Positions 18,517 through 27,627 of a stretch of 64,000 nucleotides of DNA are shown here, one piece after another. Each line of letters opens with the position of its first letter. Position 1 is the first letter of the stretch. Location of the stretch: the IMG/VR virus record IMGVR_UViG_3300025881_000002; one strand, given 5' to 3'. Under the pieces are notes generated by a model. The model did no database searches. It was given only the letters and a program-made list of their open reading frames with translations, and was not told the DNA's origin. The DNA comes from a virus. The position numbers and the translations under genes are program-made.

Positions 18517-18690
18517 ACCAACTTTACTGTTTGCTGTAACTATACTATATGTACCCTGTTCAATACCAGGAAGTTCATTACTGAATCTTGGTAATTTGAA
18601 TGGTATACAATTTAATTTACCTGAAAGGGATCTCTCTCTTCTTTTTAATAAGTCTCTACGTACTCTATCAAATAAATTATCGTTACTCAT
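18517..18690 (-). CDS. DnaB/T7 gp4-like replicative helicase, exon 1
   Basis: Not in the ORF track because it is under 60 aa. Translates as MSNDNLFDRVRRDLLKRRERSLSGKLNCIPFKLPRFSNELPGIEQGTYSIVTANSKVG, followed by K and a stop. This is the Walker A lead-in. Confidence 0.75.
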
Positions 18691-18704
18691 TTATTTTTAT
18701 TTTT

Positions 18705-19343
18705 TTATGTTAATGAAGTTGTCCAATCTGAATTAACAACTTCTTTTTGTTCTTCTTCTATAAATAAACTTAATCTAGAACTCTCTTCTTTTCTTTGATT
18801 TTGTTTATATATGAAGTAATCTGCTCTTTGAAGAAATCTATAATCTCCTTTTAAAGATTCGATATAACTATTTGTAGCATTAAGTATTTCTTTTTTAGTA
18901 ATCTCAGGATTATCTTTCATCCATCTTTTAAGCTTATCTTTTACAGCTTTTAAATTACCCATAGAACCTATTCTTAAGTCTTTAAATAAACTTCTAAATT
19001 TATTTACAAATGCTTCATAATCTTCTATCTTATCTTTATTAGATTTATCTTTAAGAACTAACTTATTTTCATCGTAATCTTTACTCTCTATTTGTACAAT
19101 TTTATTTAGTGTAACTTTTCCTTTTTCACGTAAATAATATTTTTGTCCTTTAATTTTCTCATCAAATAATAATATATATTTATTTAATGTTAAATAATCT
19201 AGATCTTCTTGTCTAACTTCGTAGTTTAACAAATCTTTATCTAAATAAAATTGTACTTTTAATAGAGTTAATATATGATTTAAATTTAGTGGAGTAATAG
19301 TTAAACATTTAATGTCTATAATTATACTCTTCTTAATTATCAT
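18705..19343 (-). CDS. hypothetical protein (replication module)
   Basis: 212-aa ORF between the polymerase and helicase genes. No firm motif. Confidence 0.55.
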   Translation of the reverse strand: MIIKKSIIIDIKCLTITPLNLNHILTLLKVQFYLDKDLLNYEVRQEDLDYLTLNKYILLFDEKIKGQKYYLREKGKVTLNKIVQIESKDYDENKLVLKDKSNKDKIEDYEAFVNKFRSLFKDLRIGSMGNLKAVKDKLKRWMKDNPEITKKEILNATNSYIESLKGDYRFLQRADYFIYKQNQRKEESSRLSLFIEEEQKEVVNSDWTTSLT

Positions 19344-19353
19344 ATTTAATTTT

Positions 19354-19509
19354 TTATACTAATTCTTCATCATCATAATGTTCAAACATAGAGTCTTCTA
19401 CTTCTCCATTTTCATCACATACATTACACTCTACATATTTTAAACGTCCTTTAACTTCTTTCATTTCAGTTTTTGCACCAAGGCAAATAGGACAGTGTGA
19501 TTTACTCAT
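19354..19509 (-). CDS. small zinc-ribbon protein
   Basis: 51-aa ORF, not in the track: MSKSHCPICLG...VECNVCDENGE with two CxxC pairs. Its start overlaps the polymerase stop by 8 nt. Confidence 0.45.
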   Translation of the reverse strand: MSKSHCPICLGAKTEMKEVKGRLKYVECNVCDENGEVEDSMFEHYDDEELV

Positions 19510-21643
19510 ATTGTATTTTATTAATAATTTTATAAACTTCTTTTATATAATATTTATAATTAATATCATAAGATTCTTCTTTTTTTGCAACGTATTTGTT
19601 AAATACTGTACATAACCATCCTGCTTCAATATTAGTTTCTCTATGTTTAGGATCTACTTTAATATCTTCTATAATATCAAATATATCTGTTTGATTAGGA
19701 GTTGATTGTTTTATCTTTTCTGTATTAGTAAGATAATTCTTTTCCAGCGGTGGGAGCTTTTTAATCAACTCTGAACCATTATTAGATACATAATATCTTG
19801 TAACTTTATAAAGTTTAATATCTTTTATATATGGTTTAAATCTAAACTCTCTATTGAAAGCTTGATTTAAACTCATCGCATACATACCTTCTCTATTAGG
19901 AGGTAAATACGTATTATTATAATATCTGGAATAACCTTTATTTATAATATAATTTATTTTAAAATCATCATTATAATGTGGTATTTTTTTTATCCAGTTT
20001 CTTTTATAAAGTTTATTTTTACCAGTCATTTTAGCGCCTATACAAAAATCATAGATACCATAGTTCTTAGCAAAATCATAATCCCAACCTTTAAGATGAT
20101 TCTTAATTGTCATTTCAGGACTAATATTGTTAATAAAATAATTAGCTACTGCAATAGCTACTATTCTTTTAGAATGATTTTTATGAAAATCTCTATCTAT
20201 TTCAAAAGCACCTTTAAATTTAACTTTATTTTGCAAATCAATAGACATATAATTATTTACATCTCTCATTATAAGTTTCTTATATGTTTGAGCTTCTAAA
20301 CCTATACCTGATAATTGTTCCATTTCTTTAAGAACTTTATCAACTAAATGTTTTTCAGACTTTTTAATAATATAAGAAGCACCATCAGTATTTTCAAAAC
20401 ATATTTTACAGTAAGATGTAGCATCTACAATCCATTCTGTAAGCATTGTTAAAAGTAACTGACCATTAATAGTAATAGCAAGTTGCCATTTAGGATCATA
20501 TAAATAAGCATATTTATCTTTACTAAGACCATAAGCACTATTCAATATAATTTTTAATACATAATTAATAGGATTACTTTTAGGATAGTTTTGTCTTTCA
20601 GTATAAAAACCTTTATATTTTGTACTAAATATTTTTTCAGGAATATGTTCAGGATGTAAACCATTAACAAATGATAGATGAGGGTAGTATGATGCAAAAT
20701 CTACATCATATACAATATATTCATCATTAGATTCATATATACCAGCTTTACCAAATGAATGTAAACCTCCTTCACCATATTCACGTTTAACATTTAAATA
20801 CTCATTAGAATGGCTTATTTTAGTACTAAAACCTTCTTCAGTAGATCTCCAATGTATAGATTTAAAATAATCTAACATTTTAATATTTTGTTTATGTTTA
20901 AACTTAATATAAGGAAATATAATATCTTTGATAGGGATATAAGAACGTTTAGTTCTCATTTGTTTTAAATCCCATACACTTACATTCATATCTTTAGATA
21001 GATATTTAGCAAATATTTCTTTAGCTATTTTTGTCTCTGAAGCATTAATAAGATTTATACCTTCTAGTTTAGTATAAAATTTTCTAATTTCTATGTGCTT
21101 AGTACTTAATTCATAAAACTTTTCTGTTGCATTAATATCATTATCACAATATTCAATAATATGATCCATTTGAGAATATGTAAGTATAGTACCTGGTTCA
21201 TAAGGTAAATCTTCAACATTCTCTAATCTCATAGCAAATTCTAACCATTTAAGACTAGTTCTTTTGTTTTTATTATCATAATGCCATATACGATATAAAT
21301 CTAGTTGAGGTATTTTAGTCCATTTATCAGGAATAGATGAATACTCAGCTTGAATTATCTCTTCTACAGCGTTGTAAATAGCTTTTGCAGTCCATTTACG
21401 CTTATATTTTAATATTGTGTTATGTAATACTGGATAATCAAAGTTTACGTTATTAAAACCTATTAATAATAGGTCTTTTTGATTTAGAAAATCATATAAA
21501 GATGTTATATCAGATTTCCTATCTGATATCTCAAATCTATAAAAGTTTTTATTATCTACATTCTTAAATGTAGCTAAAAAGAAATTAGGATATGTTTCTA
21601 AATCATAAACATATAAATTTCTTGTTTTTTTAATTTCATTCAC
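19502..21643 (-). CDS. family-B DNA polymerase with 3'-5' exonuclease domain
   Basis: Exo I YVYDLETYP, Exo II NNVNFDYPVL, Exo III YCDNDINAT. Pol motif A DVDFASYYPHL, motif B KIILNSAYGL, motif C FENTDGAS. Confidence 0.85.
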   Translation of the reverse strand: MNEIKKTRNLYVYDLETYPNFFLATFKNVDNKNFYRFEISDRKSDITSLYDFLNQKDLLLIGFNNVNFDYPVLHNTILKYKRKWTAKAIYNAVEEIIQAEYSSIPDKWTKIPQLDLYRIWHYDNKNKRTSLKWLEFAMRLENVEDLPYEPGTILTYSQMDHIIEYCDNDINATEKFYELSTKHIEIRKFYTKLEGINLINASETKIAKEIFAKYLSKDMNVSVWDLKQMRTKRSYIPIKDIIFPYIKFKHKQNIKMLDYFKSIHWRSTEEGFSTKISHSNEYLNVKREYGEGGLHSFGKAGIYESNDEYIVYDVDFASYYPHLSFVNGLHPEHIPEKIFSTKYKGFYTERQNYPKSNPINYVLKIILNSAYGLSKDKYAYLYDPKWQLAITINGQLLLTMLTEWIVDATSYCKICFENTDGASYIIKKSEKHLVDKVLKEMEQLSGIGLEAQTYKKLIMRDVNNYMSIDLQNKVKFKGAFEIDRDFHKNHSKRIVAIAVANYFINNISPEMTIKNHLKGWDYDFAKNYGIYDFCIGAKMTGKNKLYKRNWIKKIPHYNDDFKINYIINKGYSRYYNNTYLPPNREGMYAMSLNQAFNREFRFKPYIKDIKLYKVTRYYVSNNGSELIKKLPPLEKNYLTNTEKIKQSTPNQTDIFDIIEDIKVDPKHRETNIEAGWLCTVFNKYVAKKEESYDINYKYYIKEVYKIINKIQYE

Positions 21644-21664
21644 ATATCTTCTTTTTTTAGAAGA

Positions 21665-21886
21665 TTAGTCAATAGGATGTCTAGAATTATTCTCGTTATC
21701 TAAAGAATGAGGAAATGATTGTTGAGACATTGGATAATATCCACAACCAAATGCTTCATTATAATAATCATATAATGCATCATCATCTTCACTTCCTACA
21801 TGAGCATTTAAAGGAATTACTTTTTGTTTTTTTTCTAAAATAGAAATTTCTTTAGAATTATCTAATTTTAAGTGTTTTAAATTCAT
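21665..21886 (-). CDS. hypothetical protein
   Basis: 73-aa ORF upstream of the polymerase gene, same strand. Confidence 0.45.
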   Translation of the reverse strand: MNLKHLKLDNSKEISILEKKQKVIPLNAHVGSEDDDALYDYYNEAFGCGYYPMSQQSFPHSLDNENNSRHPID

Positions 21887-21910
21887 ATTTACATTTTTTT
21901 GAAAAGTCTA

Positions 21911-21940
21911 ACAAAAAGCCCACTAAATATATAGCGGGCT
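21911..21940 (-). terminator. rho-independent terminator
   Basis: Minus strand reads AGCCCGCUA-uauauuu-UAGUGGGCU followed by UUUUUG. Confidence 0.6.
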
Positions 21941-21965
21941 TGTTCATATATGTATATGATGATAC

Positions 21966-22388
21966 TTAATCTTCAGTATCAGTATTATCAATAACGTCTA
22001 CTCTAGGAGTATTTAATACATTAAGATAATCTTGTTTCAACTTTTCAATTCCATCTACTAGTCCAGTAACTGAATTAAGGTCTTTAGTAAATTCTTTTTT
22101 CTTTTCAACAATTACTTTATCAAACTCTTGTTTTTTTTGTTTAACAAAATTATCAAAAGCAACTTTCTTTTTTAAAAGATCTTTAAGTTTAGTTTTAAAT
22201 TCTTCTTTTTTCTCTTCAATTTCTTCTTTGAAGAATTCATCCATAATAGCATCAACTTCAGCATTAGGAATTGATGATACTGGTTTAAAATTGTTACCTT
22301 TTAAAAGAGCTAATGCTTTATTCATAGCATTTTCATAAGCTGCTTCTACTTTTTTTTGCTCTTTTGATTTATTTTCTTCTACTTGCAT
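21966..22388 (-). CDS. hypothetical Lys/Glu-rich coiled-coil protein
   Basis: 140-aa ORF followed by a terminator. Confidence 0.55.
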   Translation of the reverse strand: MQVEENKSKEQKKVEAAYENAMNKALALLKGNNFKPVSSIPNAEVDAIMDEFFKEEIEEKKEEFKTKLKDLLKKKVAFDNFVKQKKQEFDKVIVEKKKEFTKDLNSVTGLVDGIEKLKQDYLNVLNTPRVDVIDNTDTED

Positions 22389-22393
22389 AATTT

Positions 22394-22774
22394 TTAATGT
22401 GTATAATAATTTAAATCTTGAATTACTTTATTAATTGAATATTCATAAGGTTTACGTTCTAAAGAAGGTTCTAAATCTATAATTGAATTATTCATTAAAT
22501 CAATTAATTTTTGATTAGTTGCACCACCATAATTAACAATAAACATTATATATAATATTTTACCTGTATTTATATCCCAATGTATAGTGTCAATGTTAGC
22601 AATTGAAAAACCATTTCTAATATTTACTATCTGATTAAGATATCTTCTGATACAAGTATATAATTGACCTTTAGCATCTTTTTGTTCTAAAGTTAATCTA
22701 TTCTTTATAACATAGACTGTAAAATCATCAATAGCTTGTTTTAAACCTTTTACAATTGCTTGATCACTATGCAT
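22394..22774 (-). CDS. hypothetical protein
   Basis: 126-aa ORF in a tight minus-strand array. Confidence 0.5.
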   Translation of the reverse strand: MHSDQAIVKGLKQAIDDFTVYVIKNRLTLEQKDAKGQLYTCIRRYLNQIVNIRNGFSIANIDTIHWDINTGKILYIMFIVNYGGATNQKLIDLMNNSIIDLEPSLERKPYEYSINKVIQDLNYYTH

Positions 22775-22777
22775 AAT

Positions 22778-23056
22778 TTATTGGTTTATGTTATTCCAAA
22801 TATCAGTCCTAACTTCTCTATCTTCTATAGAAGAAATAGCTTTTCTAACAGCAAATTCTCTAGCTTTAACTTTATTATCTTGATCTTTGTTATTACGTAC
22901 AACATCAGCTTGAGCTATCATTTCTCCACTTTTACGTATAACACATCTAGTAGCCTTTACTACTTCATTTGCTGCTCCTTGAATTGGTCTTGGAACTCTA
23001 TATGAATGAAAATTAAATTTATAATCTCCATATACAATATCATTTTTTACTTCCAT
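22778..23056 (-). CDS. hypothetical protein
   Basis: 92-aa ORF in a tight minus-strand array. Confidence 0.5.
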   Translation of the reverse strand: MEVKNDIVYGDYKFNFHSYRVPRPIQGAANEVVKATRCVIRKSGEMIAQADVVRNNKDQDNKVKAREFAVRKAISSIEDREVRTDIWNNINQ

Positions 23057-23058
23057 AA

Positions 23059-23325
23059 TTATATTTTTGTAACTTTGTAACTTTTAGCATTAAAGTCGTG
23101 ACTTAATGTATTAATTTTTTTTATTATTTCATAAGGTTTTAACCTTTCATTATTATCATTGTAAAAAAAAGGTTCGTTAATAGTCAGTGTTCTCTTACTG
23201 TCATCTTGATGTAAAAAAGTAACTGTTAAATTTTCAGGTCTTGTTCTACTAAGTAAACCTATTAAAGAGCTTTTTTGAAAATTTCTAGAAACTTTTTCTT
23301 GAATAAATCTTTTTTTATTATTCAT
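23059..23325 (-). CDS. hypothetical protein
   Basis: 88-aa ORF in a tight array. Confidence 0.5.
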   Translation of the reverse strand: MNNKKRFIQEKVSRNFQKSSLIGLLSRTRPENLTVTFLHQDDSKRTLTINEPFFYNDNNERLKPYEIIKKINTLSHDFNAKSYKVTKI

Positions 23326-23334
23326 AAAAATTAT

Positions 23335-23559
23335 TTAACCATAAGCTCCTTCAAATCTAAGACAAGCTACTTCATTCACTTTTAAATCAACATCTAATAA
23401 TTCACATCTTTTCATACTGTAATCATAAAAAATACATTCTCCACAATAATCAGTATCAAATTTTGGATTAGAATAATGTTTATTTATAATAGGTTTCTTA
23501 TCTACTTCAGCAATGTCTACACTTTGATCTAAATTATCTGAACTTAAGTTTTTAAACAT
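23335..23559 (-). CDS. hypothetical Cys-containing protein
   Basis: 74-aa ORF in a tight array. Confidence 0.45.
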   Translation of the reverse strand: MFKNLSSDNLDQSVDIAEVDKKPIINKHYSNPKFDTDYCGECIFYDYSMKRCELLDVDLKVNEVACLRFEGAYG

Positions 23560-23568
23560 AATTAAATT

Positions 23569-23904
23569 TTAAACTTCTATGTTATTACAAAGTAAAGCTG
23601 TCATATTATCACCCATTATAACATTTTTATGTAAAAAACACCAAGTGGGTGATTTAGAATTATCAGAAAATTTACAAGAAGAACATTTAAATCTTTCTGG
23701 AAATTGAGCTTTTAAATCTTTTAAAATTCTTTTATCTCCTGAATTAATTCTTCTTCTTTGTTTTCTACTAAATTTACTAGGTTTTTTAATACCAGTATTT
23801 TTATTATTTTTCTTTGTATTATTTGAAGTATTAGATCCTCTTGTTTTTTTATGATATATATTAACTTCTTTACTCTTGTCAACTTTTAAATTATCTAAAT
23901 TCAT
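23569..23904 (-). CDS. hypothetical basic protein with C-terminal Cys cluster
   Basis: 111-aa ORF with a Lys/Arg/Asn-rich N-terminal half and CSSCKF...WCFLH. Confidence 0.5.
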   Translation of the reverse strand: MNLDNLKVDKSKEVNIYHKKTRGSNTSNNTKKNNKNTGIKKPSKFSRKQRRRINSGDKRILKDLKAQFPERFKCSSCKFSDNSKSPTWCFLHKNVIMGDNMTALLCNNIEV

Positions 23905-23905
23905 A

Positions 23906-24202
23906 TTATTTAAATATTATTTGTAAAGCTTTTCTCTCAACTAAGGAAGGTGCTATATTATCTTTGTCTCTATCTACTATAATAAACTGAGTTTGGTAAG
24001 TATCTTCATCGAATAACTTACGCAACATTCTTTTTATTTTTCTAAAATCTTTTAGTTTATTTTTAGTATTATCATGAATAAAAACAAAATCTCTTAAATC
24101 TAAAGTTTTAGTTTCAATTTTATCAATACATACTAAATTACAATCACCTTCTAAGCAAAATGACATTTCATATAGTATATCTGCATATGTTATTATCGCC
24201 AT
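23906..24202 (-). CDS. hypothetical protein
   Basis: 98-aa ORF. Start and stop abut the neighbouring genes. Confidence 0.5.
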   Translation of the reverse strand: MAIITYADILYEMSFCLEGDCNLVCIDKIETKTLDLRDFVFIHDNTKNKLKDFRKIKRMLRKLFDEDTYQTQFIIVDRDKDNIAPSLVERKALQIIFK

Positions 24203-24438
24203 TATAATTCAGAGTATAAATTAGTAATTATTTTATTAATAAATTTAGAACTACTAAATTTAAAACCTTTAAAAGATTCACTTTCTATTTTAAGATTTCT
24301 ACCATCTAAAGTAAATTCTAGATGGTAGCTCTTATTTTCCATTATTCTGTCATAATTTTCTTTTGCAGTTTTTTCATCACAATATTCTATAAAAGAATAT
24401 TTTACGGGTTTAAATTCTGCATTTTTTCCTTTAAACAT
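24202..24438 (-). CDS. hypothetical protein
   Basis: 78-aa ORF with 1-nt overlaps on both sides. Confidence 0.5.
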   Translation of the reverse strand: MFKGKNAEFKPVKYSFIEYCDEKTAKENYDRIMENKSYHLEFTLDGRNLKIESESFKGFKFSSSKFINKIITNLYSEL

Positions 24439-24749
24439 TAGTCTATTTCTCTTTTATAATCCCATTCTTCTTCTGAAATAGTATCTTTATCCCAAATAAA
24501 AGGAATATTAGATTTAGTTTTATAATAAGTTATATCTCTAACTCTGTATATTCTCCCATCTGAAGAATTGAGATGTTTTTTTACTACACCTTTTTGTTGC
24601 AAAGATATTATTTGACTTTGATTTAAATATTCTTTATCTTTAACAATATCATAATATTCCATATCAATATTTAAATACCAGTTTAATGATATTATAGAAC
24701 ATAATAATAATAATATTACAAATAAAGGATTAATCTTCATATTTTTCAT
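24438..24749 (-). CDS. membrane-anchored hypothetical protein
   Basis: 103-aa ORF with an N-terminal hydrophobic helix (LFVILLLLCSIISL). Confidence 0.5.
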   Translation of the reverse strand: MKNMKINPLFVILLLLCSIISLNWYLNIDMEYYDIVKDKEYLNQSQIISLQQKGVVKKHLNSSDGRIYRVRDITYYKTKSNIPFIWDKDTISEEEWDYKREID

Positions 24750-25518
24750 TCCAGTATTTTTTATAATTATGATTATTTAGATATGTATTTATTGTAAATA
24801 ATAATATACTTAGTAAGCCAAAAAATATAGCTACACCAAATTGACCTGCTATAGTACATAATATAGATATAAATAATGGTAAAGCTACACAAATTAAATT
24901 AAAACTTAACATGGGTAATTCTCCACTATAATTATTATTATCTATTTGTTTTAACCAAATTCTATTTTCATTCCAATCATTTCCAGAAGATGTAATTTGA
25001 ATTAAAGTAGTATTTTCCTTAACTTTTTCTGTATATCTACTATCAGCTCCATCTAAATAAAATATTATAAACGTTTTAACTTCTTTACCATAATATTTTT
25101 TTTCAAAACATTCTCTACCAGCTAGAATATAAAAAGAACTACTTTTTAAAACTTTATCAAATTTTTTTACAAAAGAATCAATTTCTCTTACAGTATCTTT
25201 ATTTAAATAACCTTTAAGTTTATCTAATTTATATATACCTAAAAAGTATTCATTACAAAGTTTCTTAATAAAGTGACCTTTAAAAGCTTCCTTATTATCA
25301 AATAATTTTTCATAAACTTTAATTGCTGTAATATCTTTTAATGAATCATTTACAAATTTAGATTGAGAAGGTATACCTAAAGTTCTAAATATACTATCTG
25401 TTTCATCAGGTTCATTAAGTAATAATACTTCATCTTCTGATAATTCACCTGTTTGAGCATAAACAGATTTTAATCCTTTATTTTTTATGCTCATTAATTT
25501 TCTAGAAGTTCCTGACAT
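24730..25518 (-). CDS. hypothetical protein with two C-terminal transmembrane helices
   Basis: 262-aa ORF. C-terminus is LSFNLICVALPLFISILCTIAGQFGVAIFFGLLSILLF. Confidence 0.55.
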   Translation of the reverse strand: MSGTSRKLMSIKNKGLKSVYAQTGELSEDEVLLLNEPDETDSIFRTLGIPSQSKFVNDSLKDITAIKVYEKLFDNKEAFKGHFIKKLCNEYFLGIYKLDKLKGYLNKDTVREIDSFVKKFDKVLKSSSFYILAGRECFEKKYYGKEVKTFIIFYLDGADSRYTEKVKENTTLIQITSSGNDWNENRIWLKQIDNNNYSGELPMLSFNLICVALPLFISILCTIAGQFGVAIFFGLLSILLFTINTYLNNHNYKKYWNEKYED

Positions 25519-26108
25519 TATTGTATATATTTAAGTGCTAATTCAGTTAAGTATAATTTAGAAAAGAAAGTTACTTTAATAAAATCCATTATATTAATTG
25601 CTATTAAAAAACAACCTAATAATAATGGTACTAAAGAAACTACAATTGTTGATATACCTGTGTATTTACTAACATAATATCTATTTAGTATTTTAACTAA
25701 AGGTGCTGGACGTTTAAAAGCATGTTCATCATTCTCTTCAAGTTCATCATTGTATACAGCTCCTGATATCTTAGATCTACCTATACTACTATAAAACTTT
25801 CTAGATAACCAGAATATAAGCAATAAACCTATAATAATAGGAATAAGATGACTTATTGAAGTGAAAATAATATACTGTTTAGTAATTATTAATCCTTCTG
25901 TCACAATAAGGTCTACAGCTTGAGATACAGTTGTTTTAGTGCCTTCAATCATTTGCTTAGTATAATGTACAAATGTTTGCTCAAATGTGCTTATATCTTC
26001 TAATAAAGGCTCTTCAGCAGGTATATTAGTTTCTACTTCTTGTGCAGTAATTGTTGTTACTCCTAACATTGTGACTGCTAAAGCAATCATTTTAAATCTT
26101 GTTTTCAT
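25518..26108 (-). CDS. secreted/membrane hypothetical protein
   Basis: 196-aa ORF with a signal-like N-terminus (MIALAVTMLGVTTITAQ) and internal hydrophobic helices. Confidence 0.55.
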   Translation of the reverse strand: MKTRFKMIALAVTMLGVTTITAQEVETNIPAEEPLLEDISTFEQTFVHYTKQMIEGTKTTVSQAVDLIVTEGLIITKQYIIFTSISHLIPIIIGLLLIFWLSRKFYSSIGRSKISGAVYNDELEENDEHAFKRPAPLVKILNRYYVSKYTGISTIVVSLVPLLLGCFLIAINIMDFIKVTFFSKLYLTELALKYIQ

Positions 26109-26131
26109 TTTTTAAATTTAGTTGTTAATAA

Positions 26132-26335
26132 TTAATTAAATAGTTTATTTTTTAATTCTTCTTTTGTTTTACCAATATGATTTTCTTCAATGCTTGAAAT
26201 TATACCTCTTTCCCATAAAAGATTATATGTTATTATAGAAATACAATCAATATGTATTGATGAAATTTTACATTTAGTTATCATATTTTTATGAATGATA
26301 TAACATTCATCATAAGGTTTAAATTCTGTTTCCAT
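26132..26335 (-). CDS. hypothetical protein
   Basis: 67-aa ORF immediately downstream of the tRNA pair. Confidence 0.45.
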   Translation of the reverse strand: METEFKPYDECYIIHKNMITKCKISSIHIDCISIITYNLLWERGIISSIEENHIGKTKEELKNKLFN

Positions 26336-26351
26336 TAATATTTAATTTTAG

Positions 26352-26425
26352 TGATTCTGCTAGGATTTGAACCTAGAACCTTCTCCTTAGAAGGGAGATG
26401 CTCTATCCAGTTGAGCTACAGAACC
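26352..26425 (-). tRNA. tRNA-Arg (anticodon TCT)
   Basis: The reverse complement folds as a cloverleaf: acceptor GGTTCTG/CAGAATC, D arm GCTC-AACTGGATA-GAGC, anticodon arm TCTCC-CTTCTAA-GGAGA, T arm CTAGG-TTCAAAT-CCTAG. Confidence 0.9.
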
Positions 26426-26509
26426 ATTCGGAGGTTATCCACTTTTACCTCCTTCAAGCCTTTTTTAAGTGGACCTAGTATTTAACGGGGCTTAATCCTT
26501 ACTAGGTAG

Positions 26510-26582
26510 TGGTCCCAAACAGATTTGAACTGCTGACCTATCCGTTATGAGCGGATTGCTCTACCAACTGAGCTATGAGACC
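26510..26582 (-). tRNA. tRNA with CAT anticodon (elongator Met or Ile2; not initiator-like)
   Basis: Acceptor GGTCTCA/TGGGACC, D arm GCTC-AGTTGGTA-GAGC, anticodon arm ATCCG-CTCATAA-CGGAT, T arm AGCAG-TTCAAAT-CTGTT. Has a G1-C72 pair and no GGG/CCC anticodon stem. Confidence 0.85.
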
Positions 26583-26795
26583 ATTTATACTTATTAATAC
26601 TACTTTACATAAAAGTGATTAACAATTATGTTCTGTACTAACATCTTCATTATTACTCTTTTAAAGTTTATAATTTATAGTTTTCCTCCGAGATATAATT
26701 TCTATTTCCTAGGTAGACATATCACTTACGGTCAGTATTATTAAAATGAAGGTAAATTATTCCATCTTTGTATAATAAGTATAATATTTTAAAAT

Positions 26796-26854
26796 AACAC
26801 CACATCTCAGGTATGTACCTGAAAGAGAGATTGTAGAGATTCTGATGTGGTGTT
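26796..26854 (-). terminator. compound hairpin downstream of gene 26861-27616
   Basis: An 11-bp outer stem AACACCACATC/GATGTGGTGTT encloses the palindrome TCAGGTACATACCTGA. The same palindrome family recurs at 36017-36032. Confidence 0.45.
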
Positions 26855-26860
26855 AAGTTA

Positions 26861-27616
26861 TTATAATTTTGATTTTACTAATTCTTTAAGTTCTAAAGCA
26901 TGTTTAGTCCATATATTATTACTACTACGTTTTAATTTCGGATAAACTTTAAATACATCATTTAAAGATAAACAAGGTTTATTCATTAAAATATACTCTT
27001 CAGCAGCTTCTTTTGTTGAAAAATACCAATATTTTTCAGTATCGTGATAAAAAGATATTTTAACATTATTAGTAAAATTACACCAATAAGTTAATTTAGT
27101 AACCCACCAATAAGTATCACCTTCAAATATATCAACACCATCTTCTGTTGTGAATAATGGTTTTTTAACTTTTGATAAATCTGATAATAATATTTCAACA
27201 CCTAAAACAAATTTCCTAAAGTCATCCATACTAATTCTTGTAAATAAATGAAGTCTCTCATCTGTTTTATAATCAGTATGATATTGAAGAACTTTATTTA
27301 GATTAGAATATGCATTGTTAGGATTACTTATTCTAAAAAACTTATATTTAGGACAATATTCTGTAATAAATTTAAGATTTTCTTCTGTTTCTGGAACAAC
27401 AAACCAATAATCAGGTAATCTCTTTATAGTTTTTGTCTCAGTAATTTCTTCCCAGTTCTCAGTATACTTTGTAATTTCAGACAATGTAAATTCTAAAAAT
27501 AAAGAATCATGTCTTCTTTTGTATTGTGCAATATTAGACCCTTCAGGAAATGTAATAATATCTCCTTCTTGTAATCCTGAATCACAAAAATTCTTAATTA
27601 ATTTAAATTTTCTCAT
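26861..27616 (-). CDS. hypothetical protein
   Basis: 251-aa ORF. Its N-terminus (MRKFKLIKNF) and internal F-T-x-DG-x-x-F-x-GD motif resemble the downstream frameshifted gene. Confidence 0.55.
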   Translation of the reverse strand: MRKFKLIKNFCDSGLQEGDIITFPEGSNIAQYKRRHDSLFLEFTLSEITKYTENWEEITETKTIKRLPDYWFVVPETEENLKFITEYCPKYKFFRISNPNNAYSNLNKVLQYHTDYKTDERLHLFTRISMDDFRKFVLGVEILLSDLSKVKKPLFTTEDGVDIFEGDTYWWVTKLTYWCNFTNNVKISFYHDTEKYWYFSTKEAAEEYILMNKPCLSLNDVFKVYPKLKRSSNNIWTKHALELKELVKSKL

Positions 27617-27627
27617 TTTTTAATTTT

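Noticed and set aside
15617-18690. An intein, or two-subunit split helicase, as the explanation for the interrupted helicase.
   Set aside because: The insert is not in frame: exon 1 runs into TGA and exon 2 is preceded by TAG. It contains group I core motifs. The break falls within G-K-S of Walker A, which two separate polypeptides could not reconstitute.
18401-18736. 111-aa plus-strand ORF.
   Set aside because: It covers the opposite strand of helicase exon 1 (18517-18690), which encodes the Walker A lead-in. The plus-strand translation is low-complexity.
4122-23005. Plus-strand ORFs in the left arm: 4122-4385, 8229-8414, 12814-13011, 13913-14116, 16097-16345, 19976-20299 and 22760-23005. 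Also the minus-strand 6257-6460.
   Set aside because: Each lies entirely inside (or, for 22760-23005, across) longer motif-supported genes on the opposite strand or in another frame. Their translations are Phe/Ile/Ser/Tyr-rich low-complexity strings, typical of antisense reading of AT-rich coding DNA.
26426-26509. A possible third tRNA between the two tRNA genes.
   Set aside because: It has hairpins but no T-loop (GTTCRANYC) or D-loop signature, and no acceptor pairing.
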